Shown: positions 1-8,211 of the stretch, piece by piece | Layout of the letters: each line of letters begins with the position of its first letter | Position numbering within the stretch: position 1 is the stretch's first letter | Assembly: GCA_964448525.1 (NCBI GenBank) | Contig: CAYUXB010000004.1 | Coordinates: forward strand, 1-42,475 | Direction of reading: 5' to 3' | DNA from: an uncultured Acidimicrobiaceae bacterium | Lineage (GTDB): Bacteria; Actinomycetota; Acidimicrobiia; Acidimicrobiales; VFJN01 | Length of the DNA stretch: 42,475 nucleotides | Translations under genes and position numbers: made by a program | Notes under the pieces: generated by a model | What the model saw: the letters and a program-made list of their open reading frames with translations, nothing else | Databases searched by the model: none | Told to the model about the DNA's origin: nothing

Positions 1-1028
1 CCAACTTCGCCTACTGGCACTCGGCCACCTTCAGCAACGACGGCACCAAGGTCATCTTCACCGACGAGTGGGGCGGCGGCACCGCGGCCCGGTGCCGGGA
101 GAGCGACCAGCCCGAGTGGGGCGCCAACGCCATCTTCGACATCGTCGACGGCCAGATGCAGTTCGCCAGCTACGCGAAGCTGCCGGCGCCGCAGACGACG
201 ACCGAGAACTGCGTCGCCCACAACGGATCGCTCGTGCCGGTACCCGGCCGCGACATCCTCGTCCAGGCCTGGTACCAGGGCGGCATCTCGCTGACCGACT
301 TCACCGACTCGGCGAACCCGGTCGAGATCGCCTACTTCGACCGCGGGCCGATCAGCGCGACGCAGCTCTTCCTCGGCGGCTTCTGGTCGGCGTACTGGTA
401 CAACGGCGACATCGTCGGCAGCGAGATCGCCCGCGGCGTCGACGTGTTCGGGCTGCTGCCGAGCGAGCACCTGTCCGAGGCCGAGATCGCCGCCGCCGGC
501 GAGGTGCAGGTCGACGAGTTCAACCCGCAGCACCAGACCACCACCACGTGGGAGCCGAGCTTCGCCGTGGCCCGGGCCCGGTTCGACCAGCTCGCCCGCA
601 CGTGCACGTCGACGATCGACGGGCGACACAACGGGCCCCTCGTTGTGTCGGGGGTGACGTGCCTGGACGGGGCGACCGTGTCCGGTCCGGTGTCGGTGCG
701 CGGCGGCGGTTCGCTGCTGGCGTTCGACTCGACGATCTCCGGGCCGGTGTCGGCCACCGGCGCCGCTGCGGTGCACCTCGTGGAGAGCACCGTGCGGGGG
801 CCGGTCTCGATCCGGAATGCTACCGGCAGCGTCGCCGTCACCGACTCGACGGTCCACGGGCCGGTGTCGCTGTCGGGCAACGCCACGGGCACCGTCGAGC
901 CGATCGTCGCTCGCAACACGGTCAACGGGCCGCTGTCGTGCTCGCGCAACACCCCGGCGCCGATCGACCTCGACGCCGCCAACACCGTGCGCGGGCCGGC
1001 CTCCGGCCAGTGCGCTGCGCTGGGCTGA
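1..1028 (+). CDS. LVIVD-repeat protein, C-terminal part (5' end outside the window), with a GPVS-type repeat tail
   Basis: Frame 3 is open from the window edge (NFAYWHSATFSNDGTKVIFTDEWGGG...) into ORF 156..1028. GRDILVQAWYQGGISLTDFTD and NPVEIAYFD are LVIVD-like blocks. The stop is at 1026-1028. Confidence 0.7.
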   Translation, partial: NFAYWHSATFSNDGTKVIFTDEWGGGTAARCRESDQPEWGANAIFDIVDGQMQFASYAKLPAPQTTTENCVAHNGSLVPVPGRDILVQAWYQGGISLTDFTDSANPVEIAYFDRGPISATQLFLGGFWSAYWYNGDIVGSEIARGVDVFGLLPSEHLSEAEIAAAGEVQVDEFNPQHQTTTTWEPSFAVARARFDQLARTCTSTIDGRHNGPLVVSGVTCLDGATVSGPVSVRGGGSLLAFDSTISGPVSATGAAAVHLVESTVRGPVSIRNATGSVAVTDSTVHGPVSLSGNATGTVEPIVARNTVNGPLSCSRNTPAPIDLDAANTVRGPASGQCAALG

Positions 1029-1201
1029 GCGAGGGCTGCGGTCTCTACCAGTCGTCATCCCGTCTGGCGTCGCTCAGGTCGGCCGGTGCCACCGGAGAGA
1101 CGCCAGACCACGCCGACCCCGGGTCGTCATGGCGTTCGACGTCGCCCCCGAGGACAGCGGCGTCGGAGGGACGCCAGTTCGGCTGCAGGTGCGTCCGGTG
1201 C

Positions 1202-1933
1202 TCAGCCGCGGCGGGCGGTCAGCATGTCGGTCATCCGCAGGATCTCGATGTTCTGATCGGCCTCGATCTCGCGGGCGAGCGCGTCCGCCGCCGGCTCGAC
1301 GCCCCCGCCGGACTCGTACAGCTCCTCGACCATCGTGACCGCGCCCTGGTGGTGGGCGATCATCAGCTCGAGGAACAGCGTGTCGAACGCCGGACCCCGG
1401 GCAGCTCCGAGTGCGGCGAGCTGGTCGGGCGTCGCCATCCCGGGCATGCCGGCGTGCTCGGCGTGGCCGCCTCCGGCCGCCGCAGCCGCGGTGCCCTCCG
1501 CCGGCGGGACCGTCTCGCCCCGATCGGTCAACCACTGCTCCATCAGCTCGATCTCGGCGTTCTGCGAGATGACGATCCGCTCGGCGAGCAGGTCGATGTC
1601 CTCGCTGTCGGTGCCGTCGGCCACCAGGTCGGCCATCTCGAGCGCCTGGGCGTGGTGGGCCAGCATCGCCTCCATGAACTCGGTGTCGGCGGCCGTGTGC
1701 GGCGGCGCCTCGATGGCCGCGACCTCCTCGTCGGTGAGCTCGCGGCCCGCTTCGCCCGGCGCCCCCGGCTGCACGGTGCGGACGTCGTCGGTCGCCTCGC
1801 CCCCGGGGCGCTCGGATCCGTCGGACGGGCCGGACCCGTCGGATCCGCCTGCGAGCACCACCGCTCCCGTAAGTCCGGCGACGACCACGGCGACGACCGC
1901 CACGGCCGCGATCACCCGCCGGGACGAGGCCAC
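1202..1933 (-). CDS. DUF305 family protein (secreted or membrane-anchored, metal-stress associated)
   Basis: 243 aa with an N-terminal TM/signal segment. It has duplicated MLAHHAQALEMA and MIAHHQGAVTMV four-helix motifs plus QNAEIELM and QNIEILRM, typical of DUF305. GTG start. Confidence 0.85.
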   Translation of the reverse strand: MASSRRVIAAVAVVAVVVAGLTGAVVLAGGSDGSGPSDGSERPGGEATDDVRTVQPGAPGEAGRELTDEEVAAIEAPPHTAADTEFMEAMLAHHAQALEMADLVADGTDSEDIDLLAERIVISQNAEIELMEQWLTDRGETVPPAEGTAAAAAGGGHAEHAGMPGMATPDQLAALGAARGPAFDTLFLELMIAHHQGAVTMVEELYESGGGVEPAADALAREIEADQNIEILRMTDMLTARRG

Positions 1934-2014
1934 CGCTGAGACCGGGCGCAGGGCGCCGCCGGTCGTGCTCGGCGCGAGCGCGGGCCGCAGGCGGGCATCA
2001 CGGGCGTGGCCGGC

Positions 2015-2383
2015 TCAACGCTCGCCCCGTCCGTGCCGCCGGGCCCGATGCGCCCGGCGTCGTTCCTCCCGCGGGTCCTCGGCGTAGGGGATCATCGACA
2101 TCGCCCGCTCGACGACCCGAAGGGCTTCGGTGGCCTCGAAGTCGTCACTGGCCCGGTGCAGACGCCTGAGGTAGCGGAGGCGCAGGCTCTCGAGACGCTC
2201 CCGTCGTCCCTCGACGGTCGCGAGGAGCGCCTCGGCGTCGCGGCGGCGAGCGGCCGCCGGGTCGTCTTGGCTCGGTTGCGTGCTCCGGGTCTCCAGCGTT
2301 GCGGCCACGGCGATCTCCCTCGTCGTCCGGTCGCACCATCGTCGGCCGTCAGGCCGCTCAGGGTGCCGGCTCGACCGTGACAC
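2015..2383 (-). CDS. hypothetical small helical protein
   Basis: 122-aa ORF. The C-terminal half (DAEALLATVEGRRERLESLRLRYLRRLHRASDDFEATEALRVVERAM) looks protein-like with G/C-rich third positions. The start is uncertain and I recognise no family. Confidence 0.35.
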   Translation of the reverse strand: MSRSSRHPERPDGRRWCDRTTREIAVAATLETRSTQPSQDDPAAARRRDAEALLATVEGRRERLESLRLRYLRRLHRASDDFEATEALRVVERAMSMIPYAEDPREERRRAHRARRHGRGER

Positions 2384-2427
2384 GTCGCAGCCGCGACCGC
2401 AACGACTCGGGACAGTTCCTCCGCGAT

Positions 2428-3292
2428 TCAGGCCGTGCTCGACCTGCCGAGATCGGGCAGGCCATATCGGACTCCAGGACCGCCTCGCGCCTCGCCGATC
2501 TTGGCGATCAGGCCGCGTGCGCGCATGTCGGCAAGAAGGTTCCTCGCTCGGTAGACGTCGACGTCGAACATCCGCTGCACCGTGCGGTTCGTGATGTACC
2601 CGTACTCCCGGATGTGCTCGAGGACCTTGTCGTCGGCCGCGTCGAGCTGGCGACGGTGGTACGTCAAGGCGCGCCCAAGCCCCGCGATCGCGTCCGTGTG
2701 GAGCCGATAGGTAGGGAACGGATGGTGTGCAGATCGACGCGTCGGCTCGGTGATGTGCGCCTCCGTCATTCGCTGGAGGACCTGCTGAGCATCAGCCGGC
2801 GATCGCTGGATCACGCCCGCGAGCGCGAGGGCGTCGACGGTCCGCTTCCGGCGAAGCACCGACAGTGCCAAGAGCACGTCCACGTCGCGGCCGGCGCGTC
2901 GCCAACCCTGACGTGTTGGAGCACGGACCGATGCCCTGGGGTACCGACACCACGACTATGCGCTGGCCCTGCTCGATCCGCTCTCCTACGAAGCACGTGA
3001 GGCTCGGACGCGTCCGATCGAAGATTCCGCTACGGATGGCGTCAAGGGTGAGGACGGACGGAACGCCGACGAAGGCGTCCGGCCCACTCGCACGGTCGAC
3101 CACACCCAGAACGACGTCGCCGCCCCGCGCATTCGCGAAGCAGACCGCAGCATCGGCGAGTACCCGCAGCGTCTCCTTCGCACTCTGCGACGGCTGCTCG
3201 AAGTCAAGCGTGTCGGTCTCGAGGTCGGCCGCGGTCGCACCGAGAGCGATGCTCGCCAACGCCGCATCGACGGTCCCCCCATAAGGACTCAC
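2428..3292 (-). pseudogene. AlbA_2 (Schlafen-like) N-terminal domain + winged-helix regulator, disrupted by two frameshifts
   Basis: Three overlapping minus-strand frames each hold one part of a single protein. ORF 2792..3292 gives the AlbA_2 N-terminus (LDFEQPS..AFANARGGDVVLGV..RIVVVSVPQGIGP). ORF 2811..2996 continues it (HRSVLQHVRVGDAPAAT). ORF 2428..2883 gives the wHTH C-terminus (DKVLEHIREYGYITNRTVQRMFDVDVYRARNLLADMRARGLI). Past each junction, each frame turns into Arg-rich junk. Confidence 0.6.
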
Positions 3293-3300
3293 GAACTGGT

Positions 3301-3343
3301 GCTAACTGATAGAGGTGCAGCGTCGACACTTCCATCAGTTAGC
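3301..3343. promoter_or_regulatory. Large imperfect inverted repeat (17-bp arms, 9-bp spacer) just upstream of the AlbA_2 pseudogene start
   Basis: gCTAACTGATAGAGGTG-cagcgtcga-CACTTCCATCAGTTAGc, with 2 mismatches in the arms. A third ATCAGT half-site lies at 3345-3350. The patch is locally AT-richer. Confidence 0.4.
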
Positions 3344-3402
3344 TATCAGTGCTGGCGCATCCTCTCGCCGATAGGCACTTGAATATCACGAGATTTATGG
3401 GG

Positions 3403-3422
3403 CGCGGAGCGGGTGGGATTCG
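3403..3422. repeat. 20-nt perfect direct repeat of the tRNA-Ser 3' end (att-like site)
   Basis: cgcggagcgggtgggattcg at 3403-3422 is identical to 4308-4327 (discriminator, acceptor 3' strand and T-arm of the tRNA). Weaker flank similarity (TTGAATA..GATTT) extends it to about 3378-3428 versus 4281-4333. Confidence 0.8.
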
Positions 3423-3608
3423 GGAACCGCCCAGGTCAGGGGCCGCAACGTCAGCAACCGTGTCAGCAACCGGCTCGGCTCTGGTGGCGGCGTCGATGCC
3501 GGTGCTCCAAGATCCTCCGCGGCTGGGATCACACGGTGACAGATCACGAGCGGACTGCTCGTCGATCCAACGAATCTGCCCAGGGCGGAGGTCAGCCCCG
3601 CTACCCTC

Positions 3609-3809
3609 GTGGCCGTGGTGACCCGTGCTGAGGAGCTGCACGATCCCGTCGTCGTCGAGATCGACGACGACTTCAGTCGTTTGCCCGAGCGCGAGCGCGC
3701 GCGGCGAACCGCGGACTGGCTCGCTTCCCTGCATACCGACACACCGGTCGAGCTGACCGTCAGCGGCGCAGAGATGGTTGGCGAGGCCCGCGAAGAATCG
3801 GGTTGGTGA
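3609..3809 (+). CDS. putative antitoxin partner of the downstream PIN toxin
   Basis: 66-aa acidic ORF whose TGA (3807-3809) overlaps the TTG/GTG start region of the PIN gene. This is classic type II TA geometry, but I recognise no DNA-binding fold. Confidence 0.5.
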   Translation: MAVVTRAEELHDPVVVEIDDDFSRLPERERARRTADWLASLHTDTPVELTVSGAEMVGEAREESGW

Positions 3810-4213
3810 ACCTCGTCCTCGACGCCTCGGCCGGCTTCGAGTTGGTGCTGGAGACGACCACGGGACAGTCCCTCCTCGCCCGGGTGCCTCGGCAGGCCGA
3901 GTGGTGGGTGCCCGAGCACTACTACGTCGAGGTCTCGGCCGCGATCCGGCGGGCCGAGCTGCGCCAGGCGATCACCCGAGCCCAAGCCTCCCATGGCTTC
4001 GAGCGACTCGAGCGCGGCACGGTCCACCGCGCGCAGGTCCGGCCCCTGCTCGCCCTGGCGTGGAAGCGCCGCGGTCATCTCACCATCGCTGACGCGCTGT
4101 ACATCGTCCTCGCCGAACAGATCGGTGGCACCCTCGTCACGGGCGACATGAACCTGGCCAACTCGCCAGGCCTGCGTGTTCCGACGATCACGCCGCCGAC
4201 GTCGACTCCCTGA
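3803..4213 (+). CDS. vapC: PIN-domain ribonuclease toxin (VapC family)
   Basis: 136 aa with PIN acidic residues in context: LVLDASA, PEHYYVEV, IADALY, LVTGD. It overlaps the upstream small ORF by 7 nt. Confidence 0.85.
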   Translation: MVNLVLDASAGFELVLETTTGQSLLARVPRQAEWWVPEHYYVEVSAAIRRAELRQAITRAQASHGFERLERGTVHRAQVRPLLALAWKRRGHLTIADALYIVLAEQIGGTLVTGDMNLANSPGLRVPTITPPTSTP

Positions 4214-4309
4214 CGAACGCGAGCGCTAAGCACGCGCCAGCTTCGAAGAACGACATTCACCAGATATCACTGGGACGAGTTTGAATAGCAGGATTTCTAC
4301 TGAAAGACG

Positions 4310-4394
4310 CGGAGCGGGTGGGATTCGAACCCACGGACCCTTGCAGGTCGACGGTTTTCAAGACCGTTGCCTTCGTCCACTCGGCCACCGCTCC
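4310..4394 (-). tRNA. tRNA-Ser (anticodon UGA)
   Basis: The reverse complement reads GGAGCGGTGGCCGAGTGGACGAAGGCAACGGTCTTGAAAACCGTCGACCTGCAAGGGTCCGTGGGTTCGAATCCCACCCGCTCCG. It has a 7-bp acceptor stem, anticodon loop CTTGAAA (TGA), a long variable arm and a GGTTCGAATCC T-loop. CCA is not encoded. Confidence 0.93.
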
Positions 4395-4539
4395 AGGGCC
4401 GCGAGGGTACTCGTCGTCCTCGACCCGGCCTACAGCCCCGAGCGGCGGCTGGCCGCGGACGAAGGTCGCCGTACCGATCACGCCGAGCCAGCGCACGGGC
4501 ACGGATCGTGCAGCGCCGTGAACGGCCTCGGCTGCGGCG

Positions 4540-5490
4540 TCAGCGGATCTCGCCGCGGAGGCGGTCGACCCACTCGCTGGCGGCGCGCCACGACGTCTCC
4601 GCATCGCGGCGCAGCGCCGGGCCCTGCTCACCGGCGGCCGGGAACGAGCCCAGGAACTTCACGTCCTCGACCTTCGACTTCAGCGTGCGCAGGCAGTCGG
4701 CCACCAGCTCGTCGCCGATGTGGCCCTCGAGGTCGATCAGGAAGCAGTAGTTGCCCAGACCCTTCTTGGTCGGGCGCGACTCCAGCTTGGTGAGGTTGAT
4801 CGACCGGGCCGCGAACTCCTGCAGGATCGCGAGCAGCGAACCCGGCCGGTCGGTGCGCTGGAAGATGACCACCGACGTCTTGTCGTGCCCGGACGGGGCC
4901 GGGATGCCGCGGCGCGACACGACCACGAACCGGGTGGAGTTGTCGGGGTGGTCCTCGATGTCGGTGGCCAGCACGTCGAGGCCGTAGACCTTGGCGGCGA
5001 CCGCCGGTGCGACGGCCGCGGTGTGCCCGTCGTGCTCGGTGCCCGCCACGAGTTGGGCGGCCTCGGCGGTGGACGACGTGGCCACCGTCGTGGCCTGCGG
5101 CAGCGCGCGCCGCAGGAACGATCGGCACTGCGCGGTCGCGACCGGGATCGACAGCACCCGCTCCACGTCGGCGAGCCCGACCCCGCTGGGCGCGAGCAGG
5201 TTCATCTGCACGCCCATGACGACCTCGCGCTGGATCAGCAGACCCGTCTCGAACGCCAGGTTGTCGACGGTGACGGTGACCGCACCCTCGATCGAGTTCT
5301 CGACCGCCACGAACCCCAGATCGACCTGGCCGGTCTCCACCGCAGCGAGCACGTCGGGGATCGACGGCAGCGCCACCAGGTCGAGCGCGGCCAGGTCGGG
5401 CTGCGACAGCAGGGCCTGCTCGGTGAAGGTGCCCTCCGGCCCCAGGAAGCCGATGCGCGAGCGTGCGGCCGGGGTGTCCAGGTCAGGCAT
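4540..5490 (-). CDS. pheA: prephenate dehydratase
   Basis: 316 aa. It has the PDT domain (IGFLGPEGTFTEQA) and a C-terminal ACT domain (ESRPTKKGLGNYCFLIDLEGH). Confidence 0.95.
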   Translation of the reverse strand: MPDLDTPAARSRIGFLGPEGTFTEQALLSQPDLAALDLVALPSIPDVLAAVETGQVDLGFVAVENSIEGAVTVTVDNLAFETGLLIQREVVMGVQMNLLAPSGVGLADVERVLSIPVATAQCRSFLRRALPQATTVATSSTAEAAQLVAGTEHDGHTAAVAPAVAAKVYGLDVLATDIEDHPDNSTRFVVVSRRGIPAPSGHDKTSVVIFQRTDRPGSLLAILQEFAARSINLTKLESRPTKKGLGNYCFLIDLEGHIGDELVADCLRTLKSKVEDVKFLGSFPAAGEQGPALRRDAETSWRAASEWVDRLRGEIR

Positions 5491-6052
5491 ACGGGCCGAT
5501 GCTACCCCCGACCCGCCACGCCGACCCTGGCGACAACGTCATCGGCGACGTCGACCCATCGCCGTCGGGAGCAGATCCGGCGGGCCACTGCACGCAGGTG
5601 ACACTTCGCTCCGGCGAGCCCCGCACGAGCGGCAACGCCGCCGGCCGCCGGGGAGATCCCCCGACGACCGGGTCGGCGTTGTCCCGATCGGGCACTTCGA
5701 GTACGGAACGCTGGGCCCCGGCACCGAGCGTGCTGTCTTCGGAGCGCCCGCTGGTCCGCCGAATCCCGCTCGCTAGTGCCAACGTCCGGATCGACGCTGG
5801 CGTTGCGGTCTGACCTGAGGAACACGTCACACCGGCGGGCCCGCCGTGGTCCGGACGGTACCGGTGGCCGGGCCCGGTTCGGCGGCGACGTGGCGGACGC
5901 CACGCTCCACCACGGCACATCGCGCTGTCGGTGTTCGGACTGCCGCCCAACGTCGCCATCACGGGTCGTTCTGAGCCCGCACTCGGCGTCGGCCGACCTG
6001 CCCGTCGCCCGAGCATTCGGCGCCACCTTCAGCGCACGGGCATGCTGGTGCG

Positions 6053-6811
6053 GTGGACGAGGAGGCCCTACGCCGATTGCTCGAGGCCGTGCAGGTCGGT
6101 GCCGTCACCACCGACGATGCCGTCGACAGGCTGCGCCACCTCCCCTTCGCCGACCTGGGCTTCGCCCGCGTCGACCACCACCGGGCGCTGCGCCAGGGCA
6201 TGGCCGAGGCCGTGTACGGCCCGGGCAAGACCCCCGAGCAGTGCGCCGAGATCGTGGCCGAGCTGCTGGCGGCGCCCGGCGATTCCCCTGTGCTGCTCAC
6301 CCGCGCGAACGACCAGCAGGTCGCAACGGCGCTGTCCCGCAACCCGGACGGCCTGCGCACCGGGCCCGGCCCCGGCGCCGACCTGTCCACCGTGGCCTGG
6401 CGCCCGGCCGCTCCCCGCGCCGAGCGGGTGGTCATCGCCACCGCCGGCACCGCCGACCTGCCCGTGTCCGAGGAGTGCTCGGCGGTGCTCAGCGCACACG
6501 GCGTGGATCCGATCCGCCTCACCGACGTGGGGGTGGCGGGCGTGCACCGGTTGTTCGCCTCGGTCGATGTGCTCGCCGATGCGGACGCCATCGTCGTGGT
6601 CGCGGGCATGGAAGGTGCGCTCGCCAGCCTGGTCGGCGGCATCACCCCCGCTCCGGTGATCGCCGTGCCCACCAGCGTCGGCTACGGCTCCAGCCTCGGC
6701 GGCATCACCGCGCTGCTCGGCATGCTGGCGTCGTGCGCCGCGGGCCTGACCGTGGTCGGCATCGACAACGGGTTCGGTGCCGCGTGCGCCGTCCTGCGGA
6801 TGCTGAAGTGA
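6053..6811 (+). CDS. larB: nickel-pincer cofactor biosynthesis protein LarB (AIR-carboxylase-like)
   Basis: 252 aa with VDHHRALRQGMAEAVYGPGKT, ATAGTADLPVSEEC and VVVAGMEGALASLVGG, a PurE-like fold. Confidence 0.9.
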   Translation: MDEEALRRLLEAVQVGAVTTDDAVDRLRHLPFADLGFARVDHHRALRQGMAEAVYGPGKTPEQCAEIVAELLAAPGDSPVLLTRANDQQVATALSRNPDGLRTGPGPGADLSTVAWRPAAPRAERVVIATAGTADLPVSEECSAVLSAHGVDPIRLTDVGVAGVHRLFASVDVLADADAIVVVAGMEGALASLVGGITPAPVIAVPTSVGYGSSLGGITALLGMLASCAAGLTVVGIDNGFGAACAVLRMLK

Positions 6812-8106
6812 CCGTGCACGACCAACCGGGTACAGGCCCTCGCGACGAGGGCGGGCCGGGCGACGGCGGGGCACGCACCCTCGCGTGGTTCCACTGCTTC
6901 TCCGGGATCGCCGGCGACATGGCCCTCGGTGCGCTCGTCGACGCCGGTGCCGACCCGGACGAGGTGCGGGCGCTGCTCCGCCGGCTGCCGGTCGGCGGCT
7001 GGGAGCTCGACTTCGAGCCGGTGCTGCGGTGCGGCATCGCGGCCACCAAGGCCCGCGTCCACGCCCCCGAGACCGCTGTCGTGCGCACGGCCGCGCACAT
7101 CACCGGGCTGGTCGAGGAGGCTCGCCTGCCCCCGCGGGTGACGACGCGGGCGCTCGCCGCCTTCCGGGCCCTGGCCGACGTCGAGGGGCGTCTGCACCGG
7201 CGACCGCCCGAACAGGTGCACTTCCACGAGGTGGGCGGGCTCGACGCCATCGTCGACGTGGTCGGCACCGCCGCCGCGCTCGAGGTCCTCGGGGTCGACG
7301 AGGTGCGGTCCAGCTCGGTCGCCAACGGCACCGGCATGATCCGTGCCGCCCACGGGCTGCTGCCCAACCCGGCGCCCGCGGTCGTGGGACTGCTGCACGG
7401 CGCCCCCACCCACGGCGTCGACATCCCCCTCGAGCTGACCACCCCGACGGGCGCCGCCCTGCTCGCCGCGACGGTCACAGCGTGGGGACCGCTCCCGCCG
7501 ATGCGCATCGAGGCCAGCGGGTTCGGCGCCGGCGACCGCGAGATCGACGGGCGGCCCAACGCCGTCCAGGTCGTCATCGGTGTGCCGGCCGCCCCCGGGC
7601 GCGGCGACGCCGCCCAACTCGGCGTCTCGCCCGGTCAGCCCGTCGTGCTGCTCGAGGCGAACCTCGACGACGCCACCGGCGAGGTGCTGGCCCACGCTGT
7701 CGCCGCGCTGTTCGACGCCGGGGCCCACGACGCGTGGCTCACGCCGATCGTGATGAAGAAGGGACGCCCCGCCCACGTGGTGAGCGCCCTCGCCGACATC
7801 GCGGTCGCCGCGCAGGTGGCCCGGGTGCTGGCCAGCGAGACCGGGTCGCTCGGCGTGCGGGGCACCACGCTCGATCGCTGGCCCCGGACCCGCAGCCTCG
7901 ACACCGTCGACGTGGCGGGGATGCCGGTGCGGGTGAAGGTGAGCCCGGGCCGCATCAAGGTGGAGCACGACGACGCCGCCCGTGTGGCCGAACAGGTCCG
8001 GCTCCCGCTGCGGGAGGTCCTGTCGTTGGCCGAGGTCGAGGCGCGACGCCGGACCGATCCGCCGGGACCCCCGGCCGATCCGATCGACGATTCCGAGCCG
8101 GCGTGA
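6808..8106 (+). CDS. larC: nickel insertion protein LarC (DUF111)
   Basis: GTG at 6808 overlaps the larB TGA (GTGA). Motifs: FHCFSGIAGDMALGALVDAG, HFHEVGGLDAIVDVVG, TPTGAALL, MKKGRPAH. It is a single unfused frame. The first 344 codons of track ORF 5776..8106 overlap larB and are not coding. Confidence 0.9.
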   Translation: MTVHDQPGTGPRDEGGPGDGGARTLAWFHCFSGIAGDMALGALVDAGADPDEVRALLRRLPVGGWELDFEPVLRCGIAATKARVHAPETAVVRTAAHITGLVEEARLPPRVTTRALAAFRALADVEGRLHRRPPEQVHFHEVGGLDAIVDVVGTAAALEVLGVDEVRSSSVANGTGMIRAAHGLLPNPAPAVVGLLHGAPTHGVDIPLELTTPTGAALLAATVTAWGPLPPMRIEASGFGAGDREIDGRPNAVQVVIGVPAAPGRGDAAQLGVSPGQPVVLLEANLDDATGEVLAHAVAALFDAGAHDAWLTPIVMKKGRPAHVVSALADIAVAAQVARVLASETGSLGVRGTTLDRWPRTRSLDTVDVAGMPVRVKVSPGRIKVEHDDAARVAEQVRLPLREVLSLAEVEARRRTDPPGPPADPIDDSEPA

Positions 8107-8211
8107 CGGCTACCTGGTCCGGAGCTGCTCGGCGCCACCGCGCAGGCCGTGACCGGCCACCGCGTGCACCCGTGCGGTGACTGGGGTGCCGGCGACCGGT
8201 CGCCGGACACG

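Noticed and set aside
3339-3734. 131-aa minus-strand ORF overlapping the putative antitoxin and the displaced tRNA fragment
   Set aside because: It has no family signature and reads through the att-like repeat. The plus-strand small ORF has the start/stop overlap with the PIN toxin expected of a TA pair.
5584-5590. GCCACTG (B12-box core) preceded by GGGAGCAGATCCGGCGG, considered as a cobalamin riboswitch
   Set aside because: The surrounding conserved elements (a GGTG..AA.TCC-type paired hairpin and downstream pairing partners) are not recognisable. The nearest downstream gene is 460 nt away. A covariance-model scan is needed before making any claim.
5776-6807. N-terminal 344 codons of the 776-aa ORF containing larC
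   Set aside because: The sequence is junk-like and overlaps the well-supported larB in another frame. The LarC homology begins right after GTG 6808, which overlaps the larB stop.
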